DNA of 64,000 nucleotides from a virus (Duplodnaviria; Caudoviricetes): IMG/VR virus record IMGVR_UViG_2843675664_000001, positions 5,636 to 69,635 of that record; one strand, 5' to 3'. Shown piece by piece: positions 60,730 to 64,000 of this stretch (position 1 is its first letter; each line of letters starts with the position of its first letter). The notes under the pieces were generated by a model. It saw only the letters and a program-made list of their open reading frames with translations, ran no database searches and was not told where the DNA came from. The position numbers and the translations under genes were made by a program.

Positions 60730-61429
60730 GATAAAAGTCCTTTTACTGGTACGTGCTGTATATTATACCAGTGTATAACAGTGTTATACAGTTCAAATAA
60801 CAAACAAATATCAATCTAACCCACTGTTAAAAAAGCAAAGCTCAGATTTGCGCTTTGTACCGTTGTGGTTGTCGCAATAGCCGGAAAGGGTGACGGTTGG
60901 AATGCGGGCCCGGTACAGAAAAGCACAGATTTGTTGTTTTAGTTTCGGGATTGAGAGCAAAGGATTACCCGCCAGAGAAAAGCCCTCAGACGTTTACAAA
61001 TGTTAACTTTTAAACCGGATGCCGGAGAGTGCTGATGTTGACAAATGTTGACATCTGAACCTGTCAAAACCTGACATCAAGAAACTCGGATGTTGTGAAA
61101 TATCGTGGTGAAAAGCTGTCACCGGAACCGGACAAAACCAGGCATCGAACAGCCGCCGAATGTGGATCAGCCAGGCGTGATTACAGGCTTTATCATCATT
61201 GGTACGCAGATTGGTACGCACCGGAATAGCCTGTATGATCCCGCGTACCGGACAATTACCGGACAGACCACCAGCTTATGCCACTCTATCAGCAGCCGGT
61301 ATCAGGACAATGACCGGACAGGAGGCTCCGGTATCGGTGGCTCACGCCAGAATGCTAAATCACACTCTGGATAAATATCAGTACGTTAAGTTATATCACC
61401 CTGCGCGGGACAAAGTGACGGTCTCGGGG

Positions 61430-61599
61430 AACAACAAGGTTACAACAAGGGTCAGAGCTATATAACGGTGAGATTACGGTGAGGGGTAAGGGCGAGATTA
61501 GGGCGAGGAAACGGTAAGATTACGGTAAGGTTTACGGCAAGATTACGGCAAGGAAACCACAAGGTTACTACAAAGTTTTACGCTAAGGTTACACTAAGG
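61430..61599 (+). repeat. Seven 21-bp variant modules, each an 11-bp-period direct repeat
   Basis: Units start at 61430, 61464, 61488, 61510, 61533, 61555 and 61579. Confidence 0.9.
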
Positions 61600-61739
61600 T
61601 TTTACATGCGGGATTATCCCGTATCATCGTTGGTCATTGATTCAGTGACCAATGGCAGCAATGTTTCCGGGTTTATGCCGGAATTAAGCGTTATCAATGC
61701 GTTATACTATGCGCAGTCTCAGCAGCCAGCAGGTGATCC

Positions 61740-62018
61740 ATGCGCACATACCGAAAAGCAAAGCCCATCACAGCCACAGTAACCGGCACCGTCACAAAGC
61801 CACCTCAGCGGGTCAAGACGGCTACCGGTAAAGTAATGGCAACAATGACCATTCAGGCAGAGAGTGAACGCCGCAGCCCCTATCCGCTGAAGCTGGTGGC
61901 ATTTGATATGAACGCATTGGAACTGATGACCTGCCAGAGAGGGAGCCGAGTTATTGCCACTGGGCGGCATGAATGGTTCAATGGGTATCAGCTAATTTGT
62001 ACTCAGATTACAATTTAG
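61740..62018 (+). CDS. Single-stranded DNA-binding (OB-fold) protein
   Basis: VTGTVTKPP...LVAFD...RGSRVIATG. Confidence 0.65.
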   Translation: MRTYRKAKPITATVTGTVTKPPQRVKTATGKVMATMTIQAESERRSPYPLKLVAFDMNALELMTCQRGSRVIATGRHEWFNGYQLICTQITI

Positions 62019-62061
62019 CTGTGTTCACGTAGATGATTTTTTCATGTTATTAGGGGCTGTA

Positions 62062-62559
62062 ATGAAAACTAAAGATGCATATATCTCCAATGATGATAAG
62101 TATAGGTACGATCTATGGAGGGTGTGGGATGAATCAAAGCCAAAAATTATGTTTATTGGATTAAATCCATCTACGGCTGATCAAGAAATTGATGATAACA
62201 CCATTACTCGCTGTATTGATTTTTCAGTTAAATGGGGTTTCGGTGGGCTGATAATGTGTAATTTATTTGCATTCAGAGCAACTGATCCTAAAGAGATGCG
62301 CAATGCGTCAGAACCCGTGGGGAGCGAAACTGATATGGTTCTTCTTAAGCGAGCAGAAGAAGTTGATGTCATTGTAGCTGCATGGGGGAATAATGGCGGC
62401 TTTATGGGGCGTTCTGGATATATGTTAAGCCTATTATCAGACAACTTACTATCGGATAAATTGTACTACTTGGAACTAAATAAAACGGGTGAACCTAAGC
62501 ATCCACTTTACGTACATGGCGAAACCAAGCTGACAAAATGGCAACATACGAAATTGTGA
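62062..62559 (+). CDS. DUF1643 family protein
   Basis: YRYDLWRVW...FIGLNPSTAD...NLFAFRATDP...AAWG...PKHPLY. Confidence 0.85.
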   Translation: MKTKDAYISNDDKYRYDLWRVWDESKPKIMFIGLNPSTADQEIDDNTITRCIDFSVKWGFGGLIMCNLFAFRATDPKEMRNASEPVGSETDMVLLKRAEEVDVIVAAWGNNGGFMGRSGYMLSLLSDNLLSDKLYYLELNKTGEPKHPLYVHGETKLTKWQHTKL

Positions 62560-63256
62560 TGATTTTTCAGAGTTGTTGACCAAAAGCCCTAGAAACCGTT
62601 GACGTTATCCGGATGGGGTCGCCTGACCGTTTGACGTTACCGAAAACCAGCCTTATAGAAAATAATATCTGTAAGCACGAATTGATCATGCCCGAATGTG
62701 TCTCTAAGCCAGAGACAGCAAAGCGCACAGCCTGATTACTCTGATAACTATACGTCAACGAAACGTCAATGCTATAAGGCGTTTTGCGTTGATCTGACGG
62801 ACTGCCGGTCTGTATTTATTCCGCCCTGATATCCCGCCTTACACAAAGTGGCAGAAATCTGCCATTTAACTGACCCGATATTATCGGGGTGGTTCGCAAC
62901 TAACCCTCTTAAAGAGGGTAGGCTTGTAACTGAAACTCTTAAAGAGATGTGGTTCTACTGGCGTAAGTTTGGCACATTCCGCCTCCGGATATCACGGTTC
63001 CGCTTGAAACGGAGTCAGTGGGAAATGACGGGGAGGTTACGGGTAGGGTTCTGCCTGGTCGGTGTTTCACTATCTGCAATAAATTCCGGTGGTAGTGATA
63101 TTTTCGCAATACAGTACACTCTTATCATTCTGTATCTGTATGTTTAAAAAATATCCCAAGGGAAGCCTCACAAAAACAAAAGGGGGCATTATAGGGGGCA
63201 TGGTAGATAATTGAATGGAAAATATTTGTTATTTATCAATAAATAATGTCTCTATA

Positions 63257-63271
63257 TCGAATCCTGTAGGG
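63257..63271 (+). repeat. Satellite attR core
   Basis: Identical to 44104-44118; arm-like GGGGGCAT repeats at 63182-63201 echo 44239-44259. Confidence 0.85.
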
Positions 63272-63461
63272 TCCTCAATGGACATCAACCGATGTCTTTT
63301 TTTATGTCTGAAATTCAGTTAATTAGCTGATTTTAACTTTTCTTCGTTCAACTGACATCCACCTATATCAACCTAAATCAAGTAATATTTGTTGGCATAT
63401 GCGTTGGTACATACAGGTTCAATGAATTCTTATACCAACACAAACTCATGGGAGTTCCTAT

Positions 63462-63575
63462 ATGGCACTAACAGATGTGAAGGTAAGAACGGCAAAGCCT
63501 GCCGATAAAGGATGCAAACTAACTGACGGTGAAGGAATGCACCTTTATGTGCATGCTAATGGTTCTAAATGCTGA
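63462..63575 (+). pseudogene. P4-type integrase N-terminal remnant
   Basis: MALTDVKVRTAKPADKGCKLTDGEGMHLYVHANGSKC*. Confidence 0.8.
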
Positions 63576-63664
63576 CGGTTACAATAATAGTTCATGGGAA
63601 ACATATTCGATTTGACGCATGTGTTTTTTAGAGGTAATTTTAAAAAAAGATTAAAGAGGTACAC

Positions 63665-64000
63665 ATGGAACCATTACAACTGTTTAAAATTTTAGGTGAT
63701 CAAACAAGGCTCGATATCGTGTTGCTTTTGAAAGCATCTGGTGAGCTATGTGTCTGTGATATCTATACGGCCTTGAATTTATCGCAACCAAAGACATCCC
63801 GTCATCTGGCAATGCTAAGAGAATCAGGTCTTTTGCTCGATTCAAAACATGGCAAATGGGTTCATTATCGTTTATCTCCTGCATTACTACCGTGGGTGAA
63901 AAGTATCGTTGATGTCACTTACGCCACAGAGAAAGATAGAGTTGCAGATTTGCTTAAGAGTCTGGAGACAAAAGAACCTGTGAGTCGCTGTTCTGTATAA
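63665..64000 (+). CDS. arsR: ArsR arsenic-responsive repressor
   Basis: ELCVCD, SQPKTSRHLAMLRE, GKWVHYRL. Confidence 0.9.
   Translation: MEPLQLFKILGDQTRLDIVLLLKASGELCVCDIYTALNLSQPKTSRHLAMLRESGLLLDSKHGKWVHYRLSPALLPWVKSIVDVTYATEKDRVADLLKSLETKEPVSRCSV

Larger units (their letters stand above)
44104..63271. mobile_element. Phage satellite (PICI/PICMI-like island), ~19.2 kb
   Basis: Direct repeat TCGAATCCTGTAGGG at 44104-44118 and 63257-63271; int, alpA, C4/icd, primase, ori. Confidence 0.9.

Noticed and set aside
61430-61599. CRISPR array
   Set aside because: No constant repeat with unique spacers and no cas genes; the units themselves vary internally.

Overview
The window holds two mobile elements in tandem at a tRNA-Arg(TCT) 3' end; an enterobacterial host, possibly Morganella-like, is inferred. 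(1) 1-44124 is the larger part of a lambdoid siphovirus prophage. It carries pL genes, N, cI/cro/cII, O plus a DnaB helicase, the nin region, Q, lysis, terS/terL, head and tail genes, an immI/moron insert, an SGNH-esterase tailspike and a holE homologue, and it ends in a tRNA-Arg 3' fragment (attR). (2) 44104-63271 is a ~19.2-kb phage satellite bounded by a 15-bp direct repeat. It carries a P4-type integrase, alpA, rha, C4/icd, a DUF927 primase with iteron ori, ProQ/FinO, a lone tape-measure/lysozyme gene, a CmdTAC-like toxin-antitoxin-chaperone, SSB and DUF1643. An integrase stub and arsR follow. The most striking observation: the satellite has no recognisable terminase or capsid gene, yet has four clusters (~47.8-48.5, 58.4-58.9, 60.8-61.7 and 62.6-63.1 kb) of ~20-30-bp modules. 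Many are 10-12-bp-period direct repeats, and on the + strand they read as signature peptides of different phage small terminase (terS) families (NGKITVR, MLTNVDI, NLSKPDI, EFLESIKKG). One module matches the repeat inside the neighbouring prophage's own terS at 18/21 bases. pac sites of P22, Sf6 and SPP1 lie within terS, so I propose a library of pac-site mimics that lets many helper phages package the satellite. This is an untested hypothesis. Several single-base homopolymer frameshifts suggest long-read assembly errors.
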